31,836 bases of DNA from positions 1-31,836 of the forward strand of contig JANPPO010000025.1 of assembly GCA_031428555.1 (NCBI GenBank), read 5' to 3'. The DNA is from Bdellovibrionales bacterium. GTDB taxonomy: Bacteria > Bdellovibrionota > Bdellovibrionia > Bdellovibrionales > Bdellovibrionaceae. Shown here piece by piece: positions 1-8,523 of the stretch (the first letter of the stretch is position 1; each line of letters opens with the position of its first letter). A program made the translations under genes and the position numbers. Under the pieces are notes generated by a model. The model worked only from the letters and a program-made list of their open reading frames with translations, was not told the DNA's origin and made no database searches.

Positions 1-1
1 A

Positions 2-709
2 GCTTACGTGGATAAGCTAGCTTCTAAAGACAAGGGCACAAGCCAGATCATGAGAGATCTCGAAGATCTTACGATTGAAATGCCAAATGATGAGCTCAGT
101 GATTCGCAGCCGCAGCAGCCGTTACCGCCACAAGAGCAACCACCAATTGTCGAGCAACCGACGCCTCCGCAAGATGGAGGTTCTCAGCAGCAACCACCGC
201 GGCAAGGTCCAAGACCTGGCTTCAGAACTTGGAATAACGTTTTCAGACAGACACTAAAGGCAACAGGTTGGAAGCCAAACAAGGGTTATGGCGACGTCAA
301 AGAAGAGGCTGTGCTTTTCGGCGAAGCTCTCTACTATCCATTTATCGTTCAGTACACTGAGCTTCTTTACTCTCGCTTTGACTCATCAAAGAACGGCTTC
401 TTACAAGCAAGCGAAGCAAAGCGTGCCTTTCCAACATTTAAGCCGGTCTTGAAAGAATTAGCCGAAGATCAGCTTAAAAAAGGGTTGATCAAGGAAAGTG
501 ATTTGCTGTCAGTCTTTACGTTTATCATGCGCTACAAAGAGCAGCCTTCAGTTTCCACACTCTTTAAGTGGATTGGTTGGAGAAATAATGAATCCAAGTG
601 GGCAAAAGAAGTCTACGTAGGCCGTACAGATATCGCTCAAATCTTAGGTTTAATTGGCGAGAAAGCGGGCAGTGGATCTGATTCAGCTCCAGCCCCAGTC
701 TGCCGATAA
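2..709 (+). CDS. 3' part of a large hypothetical protein with an EF-hand-like loop (5'-truncated by the window edge); paralogue of 19821..22112
   Basis: The frame is open to the left edge (gct tac gtg...). EF-hand-like loop DSSKNGFLQASE at 380..415. The C-terminal pattern Y-x-E-x-x-Y-x-R/K-F/I-D...F-x-P-x-x-K...VF...E-x-P...R-x-x-I is shared with 19821..22112. Confidence 0.8.
   Translation, partial: AYVDKLASKDKGTSQIMRDLEDLTIEMPNDELSDSQPQQPLPPQEQPPIVEQPTPPQDGGSQQQPPRQGPRPGFRTWNNVFRQTLKATGWKPNKGYGDVKEEAVLFGEALYYPFIVQYTELLYSRFDSSKNGFLQASEAKRAFPTFKPVLKELAEDQLKKGLIKESDLLSVFTFIMRYKEQPSVSTLFKWIGWRNNESKWAKEVYVGRTDIAQILGLIGEKAGSGSDSAPAPVCR
107..220 (+). repeat. Pro/Gln-rich low-complexity coding stretch (QPQQPLPPQEQPP...QQQPPRQGPRPG)
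   Basis: Imperfect cagccg/caacca repeats; seen in the translation. Confidence 0.7.
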
Positions 710-717
710 GCTTAAAA

Positions 718-749
718 GAGTGAAGTCAGCTTCGGAGCTGGCTTCACTC
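718..749. terminator. Strong hairpin between convergent genes, probable bidirectional terminator
   Basis: GAGTGAAGTCAGCT-TCGG-AGCTGGCTTCACTC forms a 14-bp stem with one G-T wobble and a cTTCGg loop motif. It lies between the stop codons of two convergent genes. Confidence 0.8.
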
Positions 750-792
750 AATCTCAAAAATTAAATTTTCATGATTTAAATCGAAGGAAAAA

Positions 793-1329
793 TTAGAACT
801 GATTTTTCCACATCATAGATTCCATTGGTAATGGCTGAATCTGATTATATTTTGCTGAACCTTTTTTATTGTAAGGCGTGATAACTTCACCCTGGATCAC
901 AAAATAAATCAGCTGGCCAATCGGCATTCCGCCGTAAACTCGAACCGGTTTTTTAACCGAAATTTCAAGTGTCCAATAGTTGCAGAAACCAACATCACCT
1001 TTACCAGCAGTTGCGTGGATATCGATACCCAAACGACCAACGCTTGATTTTCCCTCCAGGAAAGGGACGTGAGCCAAAGTTTCAGTGTATTCTTGAGTGA
1101 CTCCTAAATAGAAATTATCAGGAGTTAAAACATATCCTTCTTCAGGAATTTCGAAGGATTCGATTGTGTTATGCTTTCGAGCATCTAGCACGCTGTCTTT
1201 ATAGACAGCCAGGGTTTTACCCAAATGAACATCGTAAGAATTCGTACCAAGACATTCCCGGCGGAAGGGTTCAACTTTAATTAAACCTTTTTCAATACTC
1301 TCGAGTATTTGTCCGTCGGTTAGAATCAT
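793..1329 (-). CDS. dcd: dCTP deaminase
   Basis: MILTD start, NSYDVHLG, EGKSSVGRLGI, GFCNYWTLEI, IGQLIYF and AKY motifs of the dCTP deaminase/dUTPase superfamily. Confidence 0.93.
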   Translation of the reverse strand: MILTDGQILESIEKGLIKVEPFRRECLGTNSYDVHLGKTLAVYKDSVLDARKHNTIESFEIPEEGYVLTPDNFYLGVTQEYTETLAHVPFLEGKSSVGRLGIDIHATAGKGDVGFCNYWTLEISVKKPVRVYGGMPIGQLIYFVIQGEVITPYNKKGSAKYNQIQPLPMESMMWKNQF

Positions 1330-1341
1330 CTCAAATTACCA

Positions 1342-1521
1342 CTACTTAGTTTCGCGATGTACAGTGTGTTTTTGCATGTTCGGATTGTACTTTTTCTTTT
1401 CCATGCGGCCAGGAGTTTTTGTTTTGTTTTTAGTCGTTGTGTAACGAGATACAGGTTTACCTGCTGCTTTCGCTTCAGTACATTCCAACGTAACGATAAT
1501 GCGACCGGATTTCTTTGCCAT
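1342..1521 (-). CDS. rpmG: 50S ribosomal protein L33 (no CxxC zinc motifs); start re-set to the ATG at 1521
   Basis: 59 aa MAKK...LECTE...SRYTTTKNK...KKYNPN...HRETK. SD GAAAGGA upstream of 1521. The ORF-track N-terminal extension is unlikely. Confidence 0.96.
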   Translation of the reverse strand: MAKKSGRIIVTLECTEAKAAGKPVSRYTTTKNKTKTPGRMEKKKYNPNMQKHTVHRETK

Positions 1522-1596
1522 ACTTAAGGTCCTTTCAGCGCGTGAGCGAGACGAAATTGCAAAGGAGTGTTGTAGCAAAACAGGGGGGTCACTTCA

Positions 1597-2472
1597 ATGG
1601 GAAAATTGCGTACATTATTATTCCTTCAACTCTTAGCTCTTTGCTTTGCCACTTTGGCTTGCGCCTCCTCTCAAATCTGGGATTCTCAAGGGAATCCCTC
1701 AAGCACGGAGAGCCTGATTGAGAGCCTAAAGACGCATGGCGTAATCATTTTGGGAGAGAATCATGGTCTTAAAACTCACCAAGAGCAGCATTTGATGGTT
1801 CTTAATAACCTTAAAAATTCCGGGCGTTCGGTGCATGTGGGTTTGGAATTTTTTTCCTATCCCTTCCAAAATCAGGTCGATTCTTACCGATTGGGAAAAT
1901 TGGATGAGGCAGACTTCTTAAAAAGTGTCGAGTGGGGTGGAACTCCTTACGAATTTTATCGCCCGCAAGCTTTGTTTCCAGATTACTCATTGGGTGAAAG
2001 AACTTGGGCTCTCAACGCACCAAGAGCTTTAACAGGACAAATTGCAAAAGTAGGAATCGCGCAGCTAACGCCAGAACTAGCGGCTCTTATGCCACCAGAT
2101 TTTCAAGTTGGGCGCGATAGTTATAAAGAGCGGTTTTTAAAAATCATCGGTGATCATGTGAAAGATCCCGCAAAGCAGCAGTATTATTTCGAAGCTCAAA
2201 GTGTTTGGGATGATACGATGGCTTGGCGAATTCAAACATTTCGCGAGCAACACCCAAATGCAGCGCTTGTTGTCATCGTTGGAGAGTTTCACGTTCAATA
2301 TGGTGGTGGTTTACCAGCACGTTTAAAAAGTCGCGGGATTCATAATGTTCTCATCATCTCCCAAGTCGATACTCGCGAGCTGAATGCAGAGGAACTGCAA
2401 AAACAAATCAAACCGGACCCTGAATATGGACCAAGGGCTGATTGGATTTGGTCAGCACCTGCCGTAGACTAA
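1597..2472 (+). CDS. ChaN-family (haem/iron-regulated, Tiki/EreA-fold) lipoprotein
   Basis: Hydrophobic leader ending TLAC (lipobox-like); ILGENH..H..Q, VGLEFF, WDDTMA and VIVGEFHVQYGGGLPARL motifs. Confidence 0.85.
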   Translation: MGKLRTLLFLQLLALCFATLACASSQIWDSQGNPSSTESLIESLKTHGVIILGENHGLKTHQEQHLMVLNNLKNSGRSVHVGLEFFSYPFQNQVDSYRLGKLDEADFLKSVEWGGTPYEFYRPQALFPDYSLGERTWALNAPRALTGQIAKVGIAQLTPELAALMPPDFQVGRDSYKERFLKIIGDHVKDPAKQQYYFEAQSVWDDTMAWRIQTFREQHPNAALVVIVGEFHVQYGGGLPARLKSRGIHNVLIISQVDTRELNAEELQKQIKPDPEYGPRADWIWSAPAVD

Positions 2473-2476
2473 TCTC

Positions 2477-2881
2477 ATGTTTTCAAACGACATTCGCATC
2501 TTAGTAATCGATGATATGCCTTCAATCAGAGACCTGGTTAAATCTCAGCTTAAAACCATGGGCTTTAAAACAATCTATGAAGCAGAAGATGGTGAAGCGG
2601 GGCTTGAGGCTCTGAATCGACATTATAAAGCGGGCGAGCCGATCCAGTTGGTGATTTCTGATTGGAATATGCCAAAGCTAAAAGGCTTGGAGCTGTTGAA
2701 AAAAGTTCGAGCAAGCACTGAATTCAAAGATCTACCTTTCGTATTACTCACATCTGAAGCCGAGCGTGAGCAAGTGACAGAAGCTGTATTATCAGGTGTA
2801 TCTCAGTATGTGGTGAAACCTTTTTCTGCTAAAATTTTCGAAGACAAACTTAAAACTGTCTGGGAAAAACACAAAAAATAA
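2477..2881 (+). CDS. Single-domain CheY-like response regulator
   Basis: VIDD, SDWNMP (phospho-Asp), LLTSE and YVVKPF; 134 aa with no output domain. Confidence 0.93.
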   Translation: MFSNDIRILVIDDMPSIRDLVKSQLKTMGFKTIYEAEDGEAGLEALNRHYKAGEPIQLVISDWNMPKLKGLELLKKVRASTEFKDLPFVLLTSEAEREQVTEAVLSGVSQYVVKPFSAKIFEDKLKTVWEKHKK

Positions 2882-2896
2882 TTTTCAATTCAAACA

Positions 2897-4837
2897 TTAA
2901 GCGACTTTTTTGATATCAACCGGTGGCTGACTGATTTTCATTGGTAAAACAGCAGCGGATGCTAATGGTAATTTGAATTTGAAAGTCGTGCCAACACCTT
3001 CATGTGATTCGATATCAACTTGTCCACCTAAACGATCAACTTCATTTTTGACAGCATCAAGGCCAACACCACGGCCCGAAAGCTCTGTGATTTCGGTTTT
3101 AGTTGAAAACTGGGGCTCAAAAATAGACATCAAAATCTGGTGAGGAGTCAGTCCATCGACAGGTAATCCTTTTTCCTGGCGCTTTGCTTTTACTTTATCG
3201 ACCGCAATTCCACGGCCATCATCTTGGATTCGAATTTCAATTTCATTATCGGACTTGAAAGCCGAAATCTTGATTTCGCCTTGTTCAGGTTTTCCAGCGG
3301 CAGCTCTTTCTTCAGGAGTTTCCAAACCATGATCAATTGCATTTCTGAATACGTGAACGAGTGAAGAAAGAAAAGACTGATACGGCTCAAAGCTCCAGCG
3401 AAAGTCCGGAGTCACAAAATTGAGAGGCTTCACTTTTTTATGTAGTGATTCAGCCGTTTGTTGCATCATGTAGTCATAGGACTCAAAAGTTTGCTGAAGA
3501 GGTTCAGTTAAGTAGTGGCTTTTAAGTTGCGCTGCCCATTCACGAGTCTTCGACCACGATTCCATTAGCGAAAGAATTTGAGTCAATTCAGGTTTTGGAA
3601 CTTCAACAACCGGGACTTGTTTTGCAGGTAATTTTCCAAGTAATTCATTTACTTCTTTTGTTAAGTGATCGAAAGAAGTTTGGAGTGATTGTAAAAGCTC
3701 ATCCCATTTGTTTTCAGAAAAATTGTCCCAATTCTGGATCATACTTTCGAGTTCATGAGCCGAATTAGCGACGTCACGAACGGAAAAGCTGGCAGCGCCA
3801 CCCTTAATCGTATGTAGAATTCTAAAAAGCGAATCCCTATCCCAGTTAACTGGTGGAGCAAGGGTTGCGCGGTTTAATTCTGATACAAGTTTTTGTGCTT
3901 CCTCAAAAAATGAAAGGAAAGATCTTTTCTGCTTGAACATTTTCAAAATGAAATTAGCATTTGATTTTTCTTTTTCAGCTTCTTCTTGTGCTCTGACCAA
4001 CGAAGTAATATCGGTCGCAACTAATACGATACCTTGAATCACATTTTCAGCACTTCGCATTGGATAATAATCTAGCTTTACCTGATTTCCCTGGCTGTGT
4101 TCATATTTAGCTGGACCTAGTGAAGCTAAATCTTCGAATGGCAAGAGCTCGGAAAACACTGTGGTTAACCATCGGGAAAAGCCTCTCACTTGGCTTTCTG
4201 GAAGTTTTAAAACATCCCAGATTTTTTTGCCAGCAGGGGATGATTCTAAAACTTTTTCGCAAGCCTTAGAAGTGATTTCCCAACAAGTGCCTTCCATATC
4301 AAAAATAAGAAATCCCTGCTCTAAGCTATCGAGTAGGGCCTTTAATTTGATATTAAGGCCGCGAATTTCAGTTGTTCGTTCCTCTACCATTTTTTCTAAG
4401 TTGCGAGAGTAGTTTTCCAACTCGCCTTGAGCTTTTTTAAGTTCTTCAATGACGTCTTGTTTGGCATCTAATTCCGCACGGTATTTATTTTGAAGTCTTT
4501 CTTCTAAGGTAACGTCACGAATAAAAGTAATCCAATTTTCAACATCAGGTAATTTTTGAACTGTAATTTGGATTTTGCCAGTTAGACCGTCAGCTGTCGT
4601 AAAAGAGACTTCCTTGTATGGAGTTGGATCTTGCACTTCAGCTAACTTTTCTAACGCTTCAATTTTTTCGCTAAACTGAAAAAGTGTATTTAAGCTTGGC
4701 TGAGACCGCATAATCTTTCGAACGCTTGAGGAAAGCAAAACTGCCGCTGTTTCATTACAATAGATGACCTTGCATTCGCTATTTAGAATGAATATAGGTT
4801 CTAGTAGTGGATCAAACAGCATATAGTTCAGGTTCAT
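2897..4837 (-). CDS. CheA-like histidine kinase, PAS-coiled coil-PAS-Hpt-HATPase, with no CheW domain and no TM segment
   Basis: PAS-like segments (EPIFILNSECKVIYCN; QGFLIFDMEG). Hpt FRILHTIKGGA. CheA-type ATP boxes HVFRNAIDHG, DDGRGI, IFEPQFST and SGRGVGLDAV. The protein ends about 20 aa after the last box. Confidence 0.9.
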   Translation of the reverse strand: MNLNYMLFDPLLEPIFILNSECKVIYCNETAAVLLSSSVRKIMRSQPSLNTLFQFSEKIEALEKLAEVQDPTPYKEVSFTTADGLTGKIQITVQKLPDVENWITFIRDVTLEERLQNKYRAELDAKQDVIEELKKAQGELENYSRNLEKMVEERTTEIRGLNIKLKALLDSLEQGFLIFDMEGTCWEITSKACEKVLESSPAGKKIWDVLKLPESQVRGFSRWLTTVFSELLPFEDLASLGPAKYEHSQGNQVKLDYYPMRSAENVIQGIVLVATDITSLVRAQEEAEKEKSNANFILKMFKQKRSFLSFFEEAQKLVSELNRATLAPPVNWDRDSLFRILHTIKGGAASFSVRDVANSAHELESMIQNWDNFSENKWDELLQSLQTSFDHLTKEVNELLGKLPAKQVPVVEVPKPELTQILSLMESWSKTREWAAQLKSHYLTEPLQQTFESYDYMMQQTAESLHKKVKPLNFVTPDFRWSFEPYQSFLSSLVHVFRNAIDHGLETPEERAAAGKPEQGEIKISAFKSDNEIEIRIQDDGRGIAVDKVKAKRQEKGLPVDGLTPHQILMSIFEPQFSTKTEITELSGRGVGLDAVKNEVDRLGGQVDIESHEGVGTTFKFKLPLASAAVLPMKISQPPVDIKKVA

Positions 4838-6546
4838 TCGAAGAAAATGTCCTTCTTTTTAAATACAAGGTAAAAGCGATTCGCGCGAGACCAATCAGAA
4901 TCAGTTTCACCCTTATCTGCTAAGGCTTTAACTCTCCAGTAGTAACGTCCGTTTGGAATTCTCTTTTCTAAAAGAAGTCGATTCCTGTCGGTTTTTTCAC
5001 TCCAGATAATATGATTGAAGTCAGGATCGGTCGCGACCTGTACAGCAAAGGTCTCGGCGTCTATAACTGCACGCCAGTCCATCCATAAATAAGGATTGTC
5101 TTCTTTCTGCAAGAAGACAGTTGTTTCGCTAAATGGGCGGATTAATTGAGGCGTCTGGATTGGATTTTTCAGATCATAAGTAAAGCGCTCAATATTTGAA
5201 GATGGGCTGATGGGTAAGCCATCTTCATTCGCAGCAAAAACTCGAACTGAATAATCACCAGGAGTTTTGACTTTGATTGAAGCGGGGCCTCTTGTTGATT
5301 CCATAACTTGAGCATCTCTAAATGTGCCATCTTTTGAAATTTCAACGCGATATTTGGCCTGTTTGCCGGAATGTTTCCACTGAAGCTTCACGTTCTGTGG
5401 TCCAACAACTTGTTCATTAGAACGAATTAAAATTCTTGGAATTGGATCAAGACGAGGGGCAAGGGAAGACACTTCGATCGTACCGATGTCACTTGGTTCA
5501 CTAGATGAATCAGCGTTTTCGCTAAAGAGTCTTACGAAATAAGTACCGGGTTGAAAATCTCTCCACGGATAGAAAGACTGGCCTGATTGGTAACGCTTTA
5601 CTTGCTCGAAGCGTGGACTATTTGAAACTTCAATTCGATATTTTTCCGCTAATTGCACAGCTTCCCACTTGATAACAGGTGGAAAATCAAACGAGTCAGA
5701 ATGAGTAATATTTTTAGTTAACAGTATAGGTGGTGGTAGCATGCTTCGTTTTTTATCAGTTAAATTAAATGTATGGATGAGAGATGTCGCTGCAAGTTTG
5801 CGTTCTCTAGTGTAGCCCTTTAGGCGGACATAGTACTGACCGTCTGGAAGCTCGATTGGTATTCCTGATTCAGTTTTCGTTGTTTTGATTTGTCGATCTA
5901 CTAAGTCAAATTGTGGTGAAGTTGAAATCTCGACGACAGTTTCCTGAATGTTGCTAGTGGCAGCCCAATTTAGATTCTGGTAAGTACGTGGATCTTGTTT
6001 GTTCAAATTAAAGTGTTTAGGGCTCTTCCATACAAGTTGGTTTGCAATCGAGGCAAGATTCCGATTTCCTTTTTCAAGATTCTGACCAGAGAAATCTTTT
6101 TCAAAACGGAACTTTCCAGATAGATTTTCAAAGCCATCTTTTGTTCTTAATAATAATTTAGAATTCGAGCTGAGGTCCGCTGAAATTGAACCCGATTTCA
6201 AATCAAGAACGAGTTGACCCTTATGCATTGACATCACGATAAGAGATTGGCGATCAATTTTTAGAATACTTCCATCGTCTAATTTGATTGTTGCAGAAGA
6301 GTTATCTCCAGTAAAAATACTATCGAATGGAAAAAGTTTTTCTTTGTTTCGAGCTGGAATCCAACTAAAGCTTTCGCTTACTTTTAAACGAACATCTTTT
6401 GTTCTTTCGACAAGCTCTGCAATCGGAGCGTTGTTATTCTCGCGACTAGAAAATAATAAAGAGTCATCGTACAACAAGTACGAGAACACTAGTATCACTA
6501 GACAACATAAGATGAGTAAACGTCTCTCGATTTTATTCAGTTTCAT
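4834..6546 (-). CDS. Membrane-anchored FecR-domain protein with four FN3/Ig-like repeats
   Basis: N-terminal TM helix; FecR-like DSIFTGDNSSATIKLDDGSILKI. Repeats VVEISTSPQF, YRIEVSNSPRF, YRVEISKDGTF and FAVQVATDPDF; C-terminal GRYYWRVKA. ATGA overlap with the kinase. Confidence 0.8.
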   Translation of the reverse strand: MKLNKIERRLLILCCLVILVFSYLLYDDSLLFSSRENNNAPIAELVERTKDVRLKVSESFSWIPARNKEKLFPFDSIFTGDNSSATIKLDDGSILKIDRQSLIVMSMHKGQLVLDLKSGSISADLSSNSKLLLRTKDGFENLSGKFRFEKDFSGQNLEKGNRNLASIANQLVWKSPKHFNLNKQDPRTYQNLNWAATSNIQETVVEISTSPQFDLVDRQIKTTKTESGIPIELPDGQYYVRLKGYTRERKLAATSLIHTFNLTDKKRSMLPPPILLTKNITHSDSFDFPPVIKWEAVQLAEKYRIEVSNSPRFEQVKRYQSGQSFYPWRDFQPGTYFVRLFSENADSSSEPSDIGTIEVSSLAPRLDPIPRILIRSNEQVVGPQNVKLQWKHSGKQAKYRVEISKDGTFRDAQVMESTRGPASIKVKTPGDYSVRVFAANEDGLPISPSSNIERFTYDLKNPIQTPQLIRPFSETTVFLQKEDNPYLWMDWRAVIDAETFAVQVATDPDFNHIIWSEKTDRNRLLLEKRIPNGRYYWRVKALADKGETDSDWSRANRFYLVFKKKDIFFE

Positions 6547-6651
6547 CCAGTTTCTATTTCGGAGAAATTGTGCAAAAGATTGACAGGAAAAGGTCTAGTA
6601 TAAGTCCTGTCATTCTCCCTCTTGAAAATGGTTCATGAGACCCTTTAACGA

Positions 6652-8523
6652 GTGAAGCTTTCTAAACTTTCCATTCGTTATAAGATCTTGTTAATACTGA
6701 CGGTTATGCCTGCAGCTGCACTAATGGCTTACCTTGCAATTGCATTAAAAGTTTTTAAGGATGATAAGGTTGCTTACGTATTCGATACGACTAGTCAGAT
6801 GTCGAGCTCAATTGCCGGACAATTAAAGACTCGACTCGACAATATTGTGAAGCTGACTCAACCCATTTTAGTCGATTTAGCTCAGTATCAGGACTTTAGC
6901 CGATTGTCTCGAGCCTTCCTTCAGTTTGATTCTTCACTTCAATCAATGGCGATTATGGTTTGGGATGATACGACGGGTGGTTATAAAGTCGGACCCGTCT
7001 TAGAAAAAGAAGCTTATGGCTTTGAAAAGTTTTGGACTCAATGGAAAGATCAGTGGAATCCAAGTTTGGTTCAGTTGTTCATGAATCAAACTGTCGTGAC
7101 GAATCCATTTTTAGATGATCGTTTTACATTGGTTCAAAAGATCGAACGTCCGAATGGCCGTCCTTTGCTTGTTGTTTTGTTATTTCAATTAAGTGATTTT
7201 TCACAACAGTTTCAAACTCTGTCGGCGCAAAATTTTTTCCTTATTCAAAAAGATGGAAAAATACTTTTAGGGCCTGAAACCTACCTTGGTCAAAATTTAA
7301 AAGATTCATTGCCCGTCAGATTTCTTGATTTAAATCGACAAGCGGGTGGTAGCGGAGTCGAAACCATAACTGACAAAAAAGATGTCAACCGACTTGTTTC
7401 TTATGCTTCAGTTGGTTGGGGAGATCTTTACGTTGTCTCGACGGTTACAGAGGCAAATGCACTCGGTGCTGTTGAAATTTTAAAAAGAAAGTCGCTTCTT
7501 TTCCTAATCGTCCTGATTTCTGCGACTACAATCTTAAGTCTATTCGCATCGAGCTCAATTACTCATGCATTAACAAAATTATTTGAAGCCACCGGAGAAA
7601 TCTCGAAAGGGCACTTCGATGTAAAAGTCGAAGTGGAATCAAGTGATGAAGTGGGCGCCCTAGCAGAGAACTTCAATAAAATGGCGGCAGAGGTTTCAAG
7701 GCTTGTTGTTCAGACTGCAGAAAAAGCTCGAATGCAGGGGGAATTAGAAACTGCAAGAATGGTTCAGGAAACATTATTTCCTCCTCCGCGCGCGGATTTT
7801 GGTAGTTTAGAGATAGCTGGATTTTACGAGCCAGCCAGTGAAGTCGGCGGTGACTGGTGGAGTTACACTCGCATTGGTGACCATGTTTATCTTTGGATTG
7901 GCGATGCGACTGGGCATGGTGCCGGTGCCGCACTTATCACCAGTGCTGCAAAGTCTGCTGCAGGACTTATTGAAACTTTAGGTTTTAGCCCTGCTAATGC
8001 GCTCCAGGCTTTGAATAAAAGTATTTACGATGTATCACGCGGCAAGGTCATGATGACGTTCTTCCTGGGAAAACTAAATATCAAAACTTATGAAATGGTT
8101 TACTGTAACGCTTCTCATGAGGCGCCATTTTTATTTAAAAGCAAAGATGGTCCTTATAAGAAAAAAGATATCGAATTTTTAGATCAAAATAATAATCCAC
8201 GTCTAGGTCAAGGTCGAGATTCGGAATACACTGAAACTACACTGCAATTAAGCGAAGGTGACCTGCTATTTTTCTATACAGACGGGGTTCCCGATATCAG
8301 AAATCCAAAGAATGAAGCGTGGGGAGAACGTGAATTCATAAAGGGATTGCTCACATCATTAAACACTTCCCCGAGTAGCCATGAAGCGCTGTCACATTTT
8401 TGCGAATCATTTCAGGTCTATCGTCAAGGTACTACATTAGCTGATGACCTCACCTTCTTCATAGTGAAAAATAAGGAAGATAAAAATCGAGAGGTAAGCA
8501 GCAATGAGCAAGTTTCAATGTAA
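6652..8523 (+). CDS. SpoIIE/RsbU-family PP2C phosphatase with an extracytoplasmic (Cache-like) sensor and HAMP domain
   Basis: Two TM helices. HAMP SDEVGALAENFNKM. PP2C motifs GGDWW, IGDATGHG, NASH, FYTDGV and DDLT with the metal-binding Asp residues intact. Confidence 0.93.
   Translation: MKLSKLSIRYKILLILTVMPAAALMAYLAIALKVFKDDKVAYVFDTTSQMSSSIAGQLKTRLDNIVKLTQPILVDLAQYQDFSRLSRAFLQFDSSLQSMAIMVWDDTTGGYKVGPVLEKEAYGFEKFWTQWKDQWNPSLVQLFMNQTVVTNPFLDDRFTLVQKIERPNGRPLLVVLLFQLSDFSQQFQTLSAQNFFLIQKDGKILLGPETYLGQNLKDSLPVRFLDLNRQAGGSGVETITDKKDVNRLVSYASVGWGDLYVVSTVTEANALGAVEILKRKSLLFLIVLISATTILSLFASSSITHALTKLFEATGEISKGHFDVKVEVESSDEVGALAENFNKMAAEVSRLVVQTAEKARMQGELETARMVQETLFPPPRADFGSLEIAGFYEPASEVGGDWWSYTRIGDHVYLWIGDATGHGAGAALITSAAKSAAGLIETLGFSPANALQALNKSIYDVSRGKVMMTFFLGKLNIKTYEMVYCNASHEAPFLFKSKDGPYKKKDIEFLDQNNNPRLGQGRDSEYTETTLQLSEGDLLFFYTDGVPDIRNPKNEAWGEREFIKGLLTSLNTSPSSHEALSHFCESFQVYRQGTTLADDLTFFIVKNKEDKNREVSSNEQVSM

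Noticed and set aside
682-709. TTCAG-N15-GCCGATAA, with a perfect sigma-28 -10 box
   Set aside because: It lies in a coding 3' end, includes the stop codon, and points straight into a terminator with no downstream + strand gene.
1522-1578. N-terminal extension of L33, and similar upstream extensions at 26926, 26882, 28802 and 23272
   Set aside because: Downstream starts have better SD sequences, signal peptides or family-typical N-termini.
6580-6604. TTGACA...TATAAG as a sigma-70 promoter
   Set aside because: The spacer is only 13 bp, too short for a canonical promoter.
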